Below are positions 1 to 9,769 of a stretch of DNA of 64,000 nt, piece by piece. Under the pieces are notes generated by a model. It searched no databases. It had not been told where the DNA came from and worked only from the letters and a program-made list of their open reading frames with translations. The position numbers and the translations under genes were made by a program. Origin of the DNA: Spongiibacteraceae bacterium (GTDB lineage Bacteria > Pseudomonadota > Gammaproteobacteria > Pseudomonadales > Dasaniaceae); NCBI GenBank assembly GCA_028280715.1, contig JANQLG010000012.1, positions 62,211 through 126,210 of the forward strand, in the 5' to 3' direction. How positions within the stretch are numbered: the stretch's first letter is position 1; the number at the start of each line of letters is the position of its first letter.

Positions 1-1
1 A

Positions 2-706
2 GGCGAAGCCTTCTACCCGGTTGCAGCACGCCTGCTTTCCGAATTAGAGGATGCAAAGGAAGAACTACACAATCTGTTTGCCCTTAAACGGGGAAAGCTG
101 GCTGTAGCAGCAATGCCCTCTTTCGCAGGACATCAATTACCCAGCATTATCAGCGAGTATCGGAAGCGCTTTCCGGCCATCAATATCACTGTTCATGATG
201 TGCTGGCTGAAAAGGTAGTGGAAATGGTTCGCTCCGGCCTGGTAGAGGTGGGTATCACCTTCGATCCAGATATTGCCTCTGATGACCTGCTCTTCGAACC
301 ACTGTTTGAGGACCAGTTTGTCATTGCACTACCGGACAAGCACCCGCTGCTAGAGCATAAAACTTTAAGCTGGAATCAAATCAAAGATCAACCCTTAATT
401 GCACTGCAACGTCCCTCCAGTATTCGAGAACTCATTGAAAGCCGCCTGGAGGAGAAAGGGAGAAAGCCCATCATTGAGCTGGAATCGCATCAACTGGTCA
501 CCATTATCCGCATGGTTGTATGCGGGCTTGGCATTAGTATCATGCCCTCTCTATGTAAACCCCAGATTGAACAGCTGGGCAGTCATTGGCGCCCTCTTAA
601 AAGCCCTACAATCAGTCGCAAAGTGGGCATGCTAGTAAGAAAACGCACCCCTTTATCGACAGCTGCCAAAGAAATGGTACATGCCTTAAAACAATACGTG
701 CATTAA
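2..706 (+). CDS. LysR-family transcriptional regulator, C-terminal substrate-binding part (5' truncated by window edge)
   Basis: Reading frame is open from position 2 (GEAFYPVAARLLSELEDAKEELHNLFALKRGKLAVAAMPSF...). This linker plus periplasmic-binding-like co-inducer domain is typical of LysR-type regulators. Confidence 0.7.
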   Translation, partial: GEAFYPVAARLLSELEDAKEELHNLFALKRGKLAVAAMPSFAGHQLPSIISEYRKRFPAINITVHDVLAEKVVEMVRSGLVEVGITFDPDIASDDLLFEPLFEDQFVIALPDKHPLLEHKTLSWNQIKDQPLIALQRPSSIRELIESRLEEKGRKPIIELESHQLVTIIRMVVCGLGISIMPSLCKPQIEQLGSHWRPLKSPTISRKVGMLVRKRTPLSTAAKEMVHALKQYVH

Positions 707-859
707 CCGAGAAACTGCCATTCATTTAAAACACTTTGGGCTTTGAAATAGCGCGCACTTCTGCCAAAAAATAATGGCAGCTATGTCACAGCTACCTATA
801 CTTGATATAAAAGGTGGGATTTTATCTTGTAATCTATAATACACAGGCATTTAGCCCTA

Positions 860-1861
860 TTGGGCACAAGAATTAATATGCAATCACCTAGCACTCCAGA
901 CAATGAGGCTCATCGCCTGGCCACTCTCAAATCCCTGAATATTTTAGATACTGAAGCAGAAGAACGCTTTGATCGTATTACGCGCATGGCGAGAAAATTG
1001 TTTCAGGTACCTATTGCGCTGGTAAGCCTGGTTGACGAAAACCGACAATGGTTTAAATCCTGTTTTGGTATTGATGCCACAGAAACACCGCGCGACATCT
1101 CATTTTGTGGACATGCCATATTAGGCAACGAAGTGTTTAACATACCCGATGCCTCGCAAGATACACGTTTTGCCGATAATCCATTAGTTACCGGTGCACC
1201 CAATGTTCGCTTTTACGCAGGCAGGCCATTAAAAGCGCCCAATGGAGACAAAATTGGTACACTCTGTATTATCGACCAGGAACCCAGAAACCTGGACGAT
1301 GAGGATCTGATAATACTTGACGACCTGGCCGCAATGGTCGAGCAAGAATTGTCTGCCGTGCAACAAGCATCGATCGATGAGCTTACCCAAATCAGTAACC
1401 GCAGGGGTTTTCATCAAATAGCCGAGCACAGCTTGCAGGTCTGCAAGCGTCAAAATATTCCTGCCTGCCTGGCATTTTTTGATCTAGATAGCTTTAAACC
1501 AATCAATGATCAATTCGGCCATAAAGAAGGCGATAATGCGCTGCGCTTTTTCGCTGAACAATTACAGCTGGCTTTTAGAGAAACTGATTTAGTAGCGCGT
1601 ATAGGTGGCGATGAATTTACAGTTTTTTTTATCAACACGTCGACAGACTTGGCAAATGCTTTTGTTGAACGATTCACTTCCCAACTGGAAGAGGCCACAC
1701 AAACAGACAAACGTCCCTATAAAATCTCTTTCTCCTATGGTTTGGTTGATTACGATAGCAAGCGTCACCATTCGATTAACGAGTTAATGATCGCCGCCGA
1801 TAAAATTATGTATCAACACAAACAGGAAAAAAATCAGCGAAAACACCTTTCATCGCTTTGA
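860..1861 (+). CDS. GAF domain-containing diguanylate cyclase (GGDEF)
   Basis: N-terminal GAF-like region. C-terminal GGDEF domain carries the RIGGDEFTVFF active-site motif. Confidence 0.8.
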   Translation: MGTRINMQSPSTPDNEAHRLATLKSLNILDTEAEERFDRITRMARKLFQVPIALVSLVDENRQWFKSCFGIDATETPRDISFCGHAILGNEVFNIPDASQDTRFADNPLVTGAPNVRFYAGRPLKAPNGDKIGTLCIIDQEPRNLDDEDLIILDDLAAMVEQELSAVQQASIDELTQISNRRGFHQIAEHSLQVCKRQNIPACLAFFDLDSFKPINDQFGHKEGDNALRFFAEQLQLAFRETDLVARIGGDEFTVFFINTSTDLANAFVERFTSQLEEATQTDKRPYKISFSYGLVDYDSKRHHSINELMIAADKIMYQHKQEKNQRKHLSSL

Positions 1862-1964
1862 ATATATAGTTATTTCATCACCTACTGCTAAACCCTTTTC
1901 ATTCTAAAGTTCATCCAACTCGCCTCCTATACTTAACAAGAAGACCAGCGAAGGAGGTATCACC

Positions 1965-2726
1965 ATGAGCACAATTACTCAACACACTCCCTCTTATCCT
2001 ATTCGTACTGTTCCCATGACTCGCCCTTTTGTTTGGTTAGCACGGGGATGGGAGGATTTAATGCATCACTTCCAGGCCAGCTTTACTTATGGCGCAATGG
2101 TAACCTTTATGGGAGCTTTAATTCTCGCCTACGAACGGCACCCACTGTTCATCGCCGCAGCCATGAGCTGCTTTATGATGGTGGCACCGATTTTAGCTGC
2201 AGGTTTAACAGAACTATCCCGCTGCAGCGATCTCAACGAAGAAGCCAATTTTGATAGTTCGTTAAAAGCCCTGCGACGCAACCACGACAACTTATTGAGC
2301 TTTGCCGGTTTTCTACTGGTAATCAGTGTTATCTGGTTTGCTGCTTCCTACTGGCTGATGGCCGCTATTATTGGTGAAGTAACACCGACCATTGCGCAAA
2401 CTGTTTGGGGCGATGTACTCCACAATATGACTGGCACTCAACTTACTGCCTATGCCATTTCCGGTGGTTTATTAATTGGCTTGGTGTTTGCGCTTTCAGT
2501 AGTCACGGTACCCATGATTATTGATCATCATGTCGATGCGCGCTCTGCTATGAAAACCAGTTTGCGGGTATTCGTTAAAGATCTACCTGCCATCGCCATG
2601 TGGGGCGTGATCATCCTTGCACTGATCGCCATTGCCTTTGCATCGTATCTGATCGGCATGTTGATTATTTTTCCGCTACTGGGGCATGCGACCTGGTATG
2701 CCTATCAGGATTTGGTAAAACACTAA
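1965..2726 (+). CDS. Polytopic integral membrane protein (DUF2189-like)
   Basis: 253 aa with 5-6 hydrophobic segments. An SD-like GAAGGAGG lies upstream. The family assignment is a recollection, not a verified match. Confidence 0.45.
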   Translation: MSTITQHTPSYPIRTVPMTRPFVWLARGWEDLMHHFQASFTYGAMVTFMGALILAYERHPLFIAAAMSCFMMVAPILAAGLTELSRCSDLNEEANFDSSLKALRRNHDNLLSFAGFLLVISVIWFAASYWLMAAIIGEVTPTIAQTVWGDVLHNMTGTQLTAYAISGGLLIGLVFALSVVTVPMIIDHHVDARSAMKTSLRVFVKDLPAIAMWGVIILALIAIAFASYLIGMLIIFPLLGHATWYAYQDLVKH

Positions 2727-2749
2727 TCTATCGGTAGTAGATAATCTGT

Positions 2750-3271
2750 TTACTCAGCAGGCTGATCTTCCAGCTTGGTGGTTTCACGGGTATCCATGAT
2801 CGCTGCGATTTTCCAGCCCTGATCGGTACGGATGACAAAATAGGCTTCCTTAAAGCTTTGACGTTTTTCAGTACCGATTAGGATACGGACAGAGTGAGTT
2901 TCAATATCGGCCCATATCGTCGCGATATCGCCTTCTACCCGGCTATCGATAATGTTAGCCGTGCGAGTATAGGATCTGGTCATTTTAAAAATAACGGGAA
3001 TGATGCCCGACCAGTACTCTGGTAAATTCTCAGTCAAGCCTTTAGGGTCGACACCCGCATGGGCACTCTTGATCGTAAACTGCACACCACCATCGACCAT
3101 AGTGTTGATCAATCCTTCCTCATCCTCATTGGCAAAGGCGGCATTAAAATCCAGTACGACTTGCTCATGGGGTGCAGCTGCATATGACAATGAAGCCACC
3201 AGTAACCCTGCAATCAAAACTCCAGCCATCAAGCCCCAACTACCTAACAAGCGATGAACATATTTAGTCAT
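2750..3271 (-). CDS. Secreted NTF2-like/DUF4440-like protein
   Basis: Signal peptide MTKYVHRLLGSWGLMAGVLIAGLLVASLSYAAA followed by an NTF2/SnoaL-like fold pattern. The ORF-track start at 3331 probably over-extends, so 3271 is used. Confidence 0.45.
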   Translation of the reverse strand: MTKYVHRLLGSWGLMAGVLIAGLLVASLSYAAAPHEQVVLDFNAAFANEDEEGLINTMVDGGVQFTIKSAHAGVDPKGLTENLPEYWSGIIPVIFKMTRSYTRTANIIDSRVEGDIATIWADIETHSVRILIGTEKRQSFKEAYFVIRTDQGWKIAAIMDTRETTKLEDQPAE

Positions 3272-3447
3272 TTCTTTGCCCTTTACTCTGCTTATATTCT
3301 CGTGTTTTAAAATGCTAACAGTCTTGCTCACAGGGTTCCAAGAGATTGCCTATAGCAATAGCCAATATCTTGATTTACAACAAATAAAAGCCGTGTAATA
3401 TTTTCGTTCTGTCATTGTTAAACCAATAAATACATAAAGGGCATTTT

Positions 3448-4965
3448 ATGGAAGCCAAACATTCGGCGGGTACACCCTCTGAAACCAATCATCTGGACAA
3501 CAGTAATACTACCCCTCGATATCGTCTGTTAGCTATTATGCTTGGGCCAGCTGTGTGCTTGTTATTGTCCTCTTTACCTGCGCCGGAAGCTCTTTCCATT
3601 GAATCCTGGAAACTCATTGCACTGACGTCCTGGATGGTATTGTGGTGGATGACAGAAGCTGCACCGGTTGCCGTCACCGCTTTATTGCCTATTCCTTTTA
3701 TGCCAATTTTAGGCATCAGTACCCAACCTGCTGTTACAGCCAGTTATGGCCACCCTTTAGTGTTTTTATTTTTAGGCGGTTTTTTAATTGCAGCAGCCAT
3801 GCAGAGATGGGGCCTGCATAAACGAATTGCACTTAGAATTGTCCAGTTAGCAGGCAATAGCAGTCGTGGCATTATCGGTGGTTTTATGGTTTCCACAGCA
3901 TTCCTTTCGATGTGGATTTCCAACACAGCAACATCACTGATGATGTTTACTGTCGGCATTTCCCTAATTGATTTTGTGTCATCAAAAGTTGAAGACCGTG
4001 CTCAAGTGAGAAATTTCGGCATAGCACTTATGTTAGGAATTGCTTACAGCGCCTCTATCGGTGGAGTTGCAACCTTAATCGGAACACCACCGAACACACT
4101 ATTGGCGGCATTTCTATCAGACAATTACAACATCACTATTGATTTCTCTACCTGGATGGCGGTTGGCGTACCGATTATGCTCATTATGCTTCCTATAGTC
4201 TGGATATTGTTATGTCGATGGATTTTTCCGGTCGGTGATTTACATATTGGGGAGGTTTCAGAATTGGTTTCAGGTGAACTGCATGAATTAGGCGCCATGT
4301 CCCGCGGTGAAAAAGTCGTCATGGTGGTGTTTTGTTTGACGGCTGTTGCCTGGATTACACGAAAGTGGCTGGTGGCTATGACAGGCCTAAATATTTCAGA
4401 TACCTCAATTGCGTTAATGGCAGCATGTGCACTGTTTGTTATTCCGGTATCTTTGCAGCGCAATCAATTTACCGTTGAATGGGAGGCAGCGCACAATGTG
4501 CCCTGGGGTATTTTGATTTTATTCGGTGGCGGCCTGGCGCTAGCTGGTGCTTTTAAAAGTACTGGCTTAGCTGCAACAATTGGTGAATATGTTGGCGGGT
4601 TAAATACCCTGGATATCACGATGATTGTTTTAGTGGCAATCGCAGCTATTATTTTTCTGACTGAAGTGACCTCCAACACGGCAACCACTGCAACGTTTCT
4701 ACCAATCTTAGGCGCTGTCTCTGTTGGTTTGGGCTACAGCCCAATGACATTAGCTATTCCTGCCGCATTAGCAGCGTCTATGGCCTTTATGATGCCCGTG
4801 GCCACGCCACCTAACGCCGTTGTATTTTCCTATGAAGAGATGCACATCAGTGACATGATGAAAGCGGGAATTTGGTTAAACCTAATAACTATCAGCTTGA
4901 TCTATTTGGCCATGATCACATTTATCCCCATACTTTTCGATCTCGGCTATAGCAGTATTTTTTAA
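3448..4965 (+). CDS. DASS/SLC13 family divalent anion:sodium symporter
   Basis: 505 aa polytopic protein. It has two TPPN-type re-entrant loop motifs (GTPPNTLL, ATPPNAVV) that are diagnostic of the DASS family. Confidence 0.8.
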   Translation: MEAKHSAGTPSETNHLDNSNTTPRYRLLAIMLGPAVCLLLSSLPAPEALSIESWKLIALTSWMVLWWMTEAAPVAVTALLPIPFMPILGISTQPAVTASYGHPLVFLFLGGFLIAAAMQRWGLHKRIALRIVQLAGNSSRGIIGGFMVSTAFLSMWISNTATSLMMFTVGISLIDFVSSKVEDRAQVRNFGIALMLGIAYSASIGGVATLIGTPPNTLLAAFLSDNYNITIDFSTWMAVGVPIMLIMLPIVWILLCRWIFPVGDLHIGEVSELVSGELHELGAMSRGEKVVMVVFCLTAVAWITRKWLVAMTGLNISDTSIALMAACALFVIPVSLQRNQFTVEWEAAHNVPWGILILFGGGLALAGAFKSTGLAATIGEYVGGLNTLDITMIVLVAIAAIIFLTEVTSNTATTATFLPILGAVSVGLGYSPMTLAIPAALAASMAFMMPVATPPNAVVFSYEEMHISDMMKAGIWLNLITISLIYLAMITFIPILFDLGYSSIF

Positions 4966-5029
4966 TCGCACACGTTACTGCTACCAAATCAGTACTGCTA
5001 TATCTGTCGAACTTTTCAATGCGAGCAAT

Positions 5030-7381
5030 TCAGAGCGATTCTTTTACAGATTTTCCGATACGCTCTTTTTGTTCATCGTCCAAACTTAATTCCACAGGTA
5101 ATTCCTCAAGCTCAACATCATTAATCATGTTATTACGATCTGTTGCTTCACTAATCACCTGTTGTGGCGACTGTTCAATGTCCTGCAATAATCTACTGCC
5201 CAGAAGTAAATCTGTGGGTTTGCCCATGTCACCTTTGCTGTAATCACAAACACCTTGGGGGAAAATTTTTTCCAGTATTTGTTGATAAGAAGACATATCA
5301 ATAGAGCCATAAACGCCTTTATCTAGTGCTGTTTTTACGGGCTGCAAATGACATTTGAAAATGTCACCAGCAACATCCGCGCCGGCCAATTGTCTGGAAA
5401 CAGAATAAGAGGGGTAAACATCCATACAGGCCCCTTTTTTCAAATCATTCCATGCACCATTCCAAACATCACTCCCAGCGGCAATAATTTTTCCTTCATT
5501 GTCAAAACAAGTATCAACCGCCTGTTTTGGTTTAGCTTTTTTAGTTAACCACTGATCCAGCACAGCAAAAGCTTCAGGCTCACCGGTATGGGGTTTTCGA
5601 GTCACCCATATCAAATGGTTTTCGCTATGGCCCTGCTCTCGCAACAACCGTTTTCGAGCTGAGAAAGAGGCAGATAAATGATGCATGTCCAATTCATCCT
5701 CTAAATAATGCCGTAAATCAATAAGAGGAATCGGCAAATGGCCTAAAAATACATGACCACTGCGATAAACAGCATGCATTGCTTTTATATGACCCTCACT
5801 GCGCACGGCGGGCTTTTCCAACGTTCCATGCCGCATATTTTTATGACTCCAAATGGAAATTCTGATGGGAAAAACATCGCCATTTAAAAACCAGAAATGT
5901 TCCTTACGTAAATCCTTTTGTGCTTTCCAGCCACCGATACTGGCATTGAGTTTTAAAAATTCATCAATGGTAATTTTATTGTCCAATAATGTTTTCAATC
6001 CGTATTGAACACCAACATTGTCCCAAGTGGTTCGGCCATAACCCTGTTCATCAGTACCATAAATTAATTTCAAATCATTCCAATGCGTCCAGTTAACGGA
6101 TTCCACCACATCCGGATGATAATATTTTGCTTTATGCGTAAACGTCGGGTTATTCACCAGAGCTGTTAAACCGCGCCAACCATTGGCGCACTCGGTCTCA
6201 CCATTTTCCATACTGGGAAAAACACCGCTCCTGATTTGTGATAACCGTTGAAACCAGCGAAAACGGCTGGTGATTTCGGCACTGGCATTCAGTCCTTCGA
6301 TATCACGACGATTCTCCCAATCCTGCCAGCGTGGATTATTTCTGTCAGTGACATCGAAAAAGTATTCCAACAACTCACAGTCCATCGCATAAGCTTTCTG
6401 CGTCACCATGTCTGGATAGGCATATTCGGCAATGGCTGCATCGAGAATATCGGGATTATTTTGCGCAAGGATATATTGTTGTACTGCGCCTCCTGATCCG
6501 CCAATGCCAACGGTATAAAGCGGCTCGCCATAAAGTGCAGTAAATTGTTTCTTAACCCTTAGAGCTACATCTTCCGAAGTCCATAAGTTGTAATGATTGG
6601 ATGTTTGGGTACCAGTGGAATAAATAACGGCATAACCCTGCACGAGTTGTTCATACCTGCGTTTAAAAATAATTCGAGGTGACAAACGTCCTTGTCGGTA
6701 GCCAATACCCACACCGCCGCGAAACTGATAAATTAATTTTTGATTCCAATTACTGCCATTGGGGTTATCTAACGTTTCATTGTCGCCACGTAAAGCGACA
6801 ATCATATAGAGAAAGCGATTTATCGTGCCTATCTCTACTCTAACAACAAAATCAATCTCTTTACCGTTTACCACAATTTTTTCAATATCATCATTCGCCT
6901 GTGATAGAGGATAAAAGCTATCTTCGGTATCAACACGTTTGTAATAGTAATTGGCTTGAGTGGGCAGCAGACAATCTTTACTGTAACCCATAACCTGATC
7001 GGTAACAGTGCCCTGCTTATTCAATTTATAAACAGGCACCCCCCAACCCTGATAATTATCAATCAAGGGTTGCCCAAGCCCGGATCGTCTTATCCCACAC
7101 AGAAAAGGATATTGTGGTTCACCCGCAAACAAAGGCTCAACCGGACCTACTTCACCGATATGTATGGGAAAGGTAAAAGTCTCTTCAGGTCGACTGATAA
7201 CCGAAGGATGTAAACCCTGATAGGAAGGCAGCGATATATCCTTTTCAACCGGAGGCATTCCCACAACATATACGGGAGGAATTGATTTAGAATCAGGATG
7301 TAAATAAAAACCTGCGCAGGATATTAATAACAGCGCAAAAAACATCCAGGCAAAATGCAATTTCTTTTTTACAAGCAACAT
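5030..7381 (-). CDS. Large secreted hypothetical protein, possible alpha/beta-hydrolase
   Basis: 783 aa with an N-terminal signal/TM segment (MFFALLLISCAGFY). Contains a GIGGSGGA motif that fits a GxSxG nucleophile elbow. No other motif recognised. Confidence 0.4.
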   Translation of the reverse strand: MLLVKKKLHFAWMFFALLLISCAGFYLHPDSKSIPPVYVVGMPPVEKDISLPSYQGLHPSVISRPEETFTFPIHIGEVGPVEPLFAGEPQYPFLCGIRRSGLGQPLIDNYQGWGVPVYKLNKQGTVTDQVMGYSKDCLLPTQANYYYKRVDTEDSFYPLSQANDDIEKIVVNGKEIDFVVRVEIGTINRFLYMIVALRGDNETLDNPNGSNWNQKLIYQFRGGVGIGYRQGRLSPRIIFKRRYEQLVQGYAVIYSTGTQTSNHYNLWTSEDVALRVKKQFTALYGEPLYTVGIGGSGGAVQQYILAQNNPDILDAAIAEYAYPDMVTQKAYAMDCELLEYFFDVTDRNNPRWQDWENRRDIEGLNASAEITSRFRWFQRLSQIRSGVFPSMENGETECANGWRGLTALVNNPTFTHKAKYYHPDVVESVNWTHWNDLKLIYGTDEQGYGRTTWDNVGVQYGLKTLLDNKITIDEFLKLNASIGGWKAQKDLRKEHFWFLNGDVFPIRISIWSHKNMRHGTLEKPAVRSEGHIKAMHAVYRSGHVFLGHLPIPLIDLRHYLEDELDMHHLSASFSARKRLLREQGHSENHLIWVTRKPHTGEPEAFAVLDQWLTKKAKPKQAVDTCFDNEGKIIAAGSDVWNGAWNDLKKGACMDVYPSYSVSRQLAGADVAGDIFKCHLQPVKTALDKGVYGSIDMSSYQQILEKIFPQGVCDYSKGDMGKPTDLLLGSRLLQDIEQSPQQVISEATDRNNMINDVELEELPVELSLDDEQKERIGKSVKESL

Positions 7382-7686
7382 AACAATGTCTCCTCTACAT
7401 CATTACTGTAGACATCACATGCAGCTCTTATTTTTAATAGTGCATATAGTATTTTTAGACTATTTAAAGCAGCGGGCTTGTAGTTAATTGCTATAAGAAC
7501 GGATTTAAAATCTGATCACTCTTAATCCATGACAAGATTTTTATTTAAGTTGGCAGTTATTAACAGGAAAGGCTTTGAATTAAGCAGGATAAAAAAATCA
7601 AATGAAATTTTAAGACTAAATCGAACTAAGTATTAGACAATAAAATTCTAAATCATTTTGTAGCTATTGATGACTATGAGTTATGT

Positions 7687-8322
7687 CTATGAACCGTAGG
7701 CTTTTAGAAAAAAATCAACTGACTGTTCAACTAATTGATCAATTTCAGCCTTTGAAACAGTATCAATACCAATCATCATTTTGGTTTTTTTCACTCCACA
7801 CAACAATGCAATAAATTGTAATGCAGCGAGTTCAGCATCGTCGGCATGGCAATGACCGGCGTCAATTTGTTTTTGTAAGTAACTGATAAAATTTTGTTGA
7901 ATCCAGACGGGGCCAGCTTCCCAAAACATTTGCGACACTTCAGGATGCGCCTGCGAGCCTGCCACACACAAACTTTCCAACCGAATAGCCTGCTCACTAA
8001 ATAGCAACTCGCAGAATTCGCACCCCATTTTGGTTAGGGTTTCTCTTAAGGAAAGACCCGACGGAGAAAGAATTTCAGCTGGAGTATGCTCTCTGCAGGC
8101 GCAATTAATGGCCTCCTTGAACAGGGCTTCTTTACTACCAAAATGGCTATATAGCGTCTGTTTGGATACACCCGCCATTTCAGCAATCTCAACCATACTG
8201 GCATTATCGAAACCGGCATGAAGAAATACATTGGCCGCAGCATCCACAATAGCCTGACGACGCTGCTCCTGCTGTTCAGCTCTGGTGGATTTCATAGTAT
8301 TTATTGACGCCGCTTTACTCAC
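7687..8322 (-). CDS. TetR/AcrR family transcriptional regulator
   Basis: N-terminal TetR-type HTH (ASMVEIAEMAGVSKQTLYSHFGSKEALF). Divergent from the MFP-RND efflux operon. Confidence 0.8.
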   Translation of the reverse strand: MSKAASINTMKSTRAEQQEQRRQAIVDAAANVFLHAGFDNASMVEIAEMAGVSKQTLYSHFGSKEALFKEAINCACREHTPAEILSPSGLSLRETLTKMGCEFCELLFSEQAIRLESLCVAGSQAHPEVSQMFWEAGPVWIQQNFISYLQKQIDAGHCHADDAELAALQFIALLCGVKKTKMMIGIDTVSKAEIDQLVEQSVDFFLKAYGS

Positions 8323-8476
8323 TAACTTTGCTCGCTATAAGTGCCTGAATGTAAAGAATTAATGCTCACTCTCTGTTATTGAACAGATGATGTGCACTTT
8401 TGAAGAGCCCTATAGGCTTGATCGCCCAGTGTATATTCATTAGACTAGACCGTCCAGTCCAGCCAGATAAAGATAT

Positions 8477-9727
8477 ATGTCCCATAGCTGGCTCGATGTA
8501 AAGACTGCCCATAACCATATTAAGGATAAAAGGGAGGATAATGCATTGAGAATTTATCTCTATTTAAAGCCCTACTTATGTTTAAAACCCTATTTATGGA
8601 AAGGCTTGTCGGTATTGCCCTTGGCATTAATCGCAGGTTGTGGCGCAGAAAACATCTCACCTTCGGACTTAGCAATTAACCATAAAACGGTTTCTGCCAA
8701 GCAAGTCACCATCCAACCTGATTACCAAGTAGCCCGCGAATTTATTGGTGCACTTAAAGCACCACAACGTATCGATTTAGGTTTTGATTCGGCGGGACCG
8801 ATTGTCTCTGTGTTGGTTGAAGAAGGTGATAACGTTAAAGCCGGGCAAGTACTGGCAGAATTGGATTCCTCCGTCTTGAATGCAGAACTAGAAGCGACTC
8901 AGGCACGAAAAAGAGAACTATTGGCAAGGCTTGATTTAAACAAACGCGATCTGGAACGCCAGAAAAAATTGCGGGAAAAAAGTTTTGCCTCCGAGAGTCG
9001 TAGCGACCAGCTCATTTCGCAACAACAATCACTGATTGCACAAATTGATCAAGTCACCGCATCAACGCTATCCTTAGAAAAACAGTTAGAGAAAAAAGTA
9101 TTGTATGCACCTTTTGATTCCAGTGTATCCAATCGTCTTCTAGATGAAGGCGCCGTCGTTAAAGAGGGAACTGCTGTCCTACAGTTGCTGGAGTCCGGTA
9201 GATTAGAAGCGCGTATTGGGGTTCCACTTCGCCTTGCTCGTAAACTGGAAGCAGGTGGCGAAGCCGAAGTTGTTATTGAACGACAGATACATCAAGCAAA
9301 ATTTTTATCTATCGGCACCTCAGTAAACTCGACTACCAAAACTATTCCCACTGAGTTAGAAGTTTTTGTAAATGATGGCGCTAAAAAATTGTACGACGGA
9401 CAAATCATTCGCCTCAAAGTGAACGAAACTCGCTCACAAAGTGGCGTATGGATTCCAGTGGATAGTTTGATCGCCGGTATTCGCGGCAGCTGGGATGTTT
9501 TTGTGCTGTCGCCCGTAGATGACAAAGAACCCAGTGATGACTCATTGCATATCATTGAACGCAGAAAAGTCAATGTCGATTATGTCGGCGGTGGACGCGC
9601 TTTTGTCAGCCATGGTCTTAACACAGGCGATTGGTTAGTCGATGCCGGCGCGCACAAAGTAGCTACCGGACTGCAGGTAAAAATTGCTCACCCCGTTGAA
9701 GTAGCTAGCGTACCAATAATTCACTAA
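8477..9727 (+). CDS. RND efflux periplasmic adaptor (membrane fusion protein)
   Basis: Lipobox (LALIAGCG), coiled-coil hairpin, and the beta-barrel/MP domains typical of HlyD/AcrA-family MFPs. Immediately upstream of the RND pump. Confidence 0.8.
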   Translation: MSHSWLDVKTAHNHIKDKREDNALRIYLYLKPYLCLKPYLWKGLSVLPLALIAGCGAENISPSDLAINHKTVSAKQVTIQPDYQVAREFIGALKAPQRIDLGFDSAGPIVSVLVEEGDNVKAGQVLAELDSSVLNAELEATQARKRELLARLDLNKRDLERQKKLREKSFASESRSDQLISQQQSLIAQIDQVTASTLSLEKQLEKKVLYAPFDSSVSNRLLDEGAVVKEGTAVLQLLESGRLEARIGVPLRLARKLEAGGEAEVVIERQIHQAKFLSIGTSVNSTTKTIPTELEVFVNDGAKKLYDGQIIRLKVNETRSQSGVWIPVDSLIAGIRGSWDVFVLSPVDDKEPSDDSLHIIERRKVNVDYVGGGRAFVSHGLNTGDWLVDAGAHKVATGLQVKIAHPVEVASVPIIH

Positions 9728-9769
9728 CGAATTCACTAACGCGTTTCCATTTAGTAACAGGATATTACC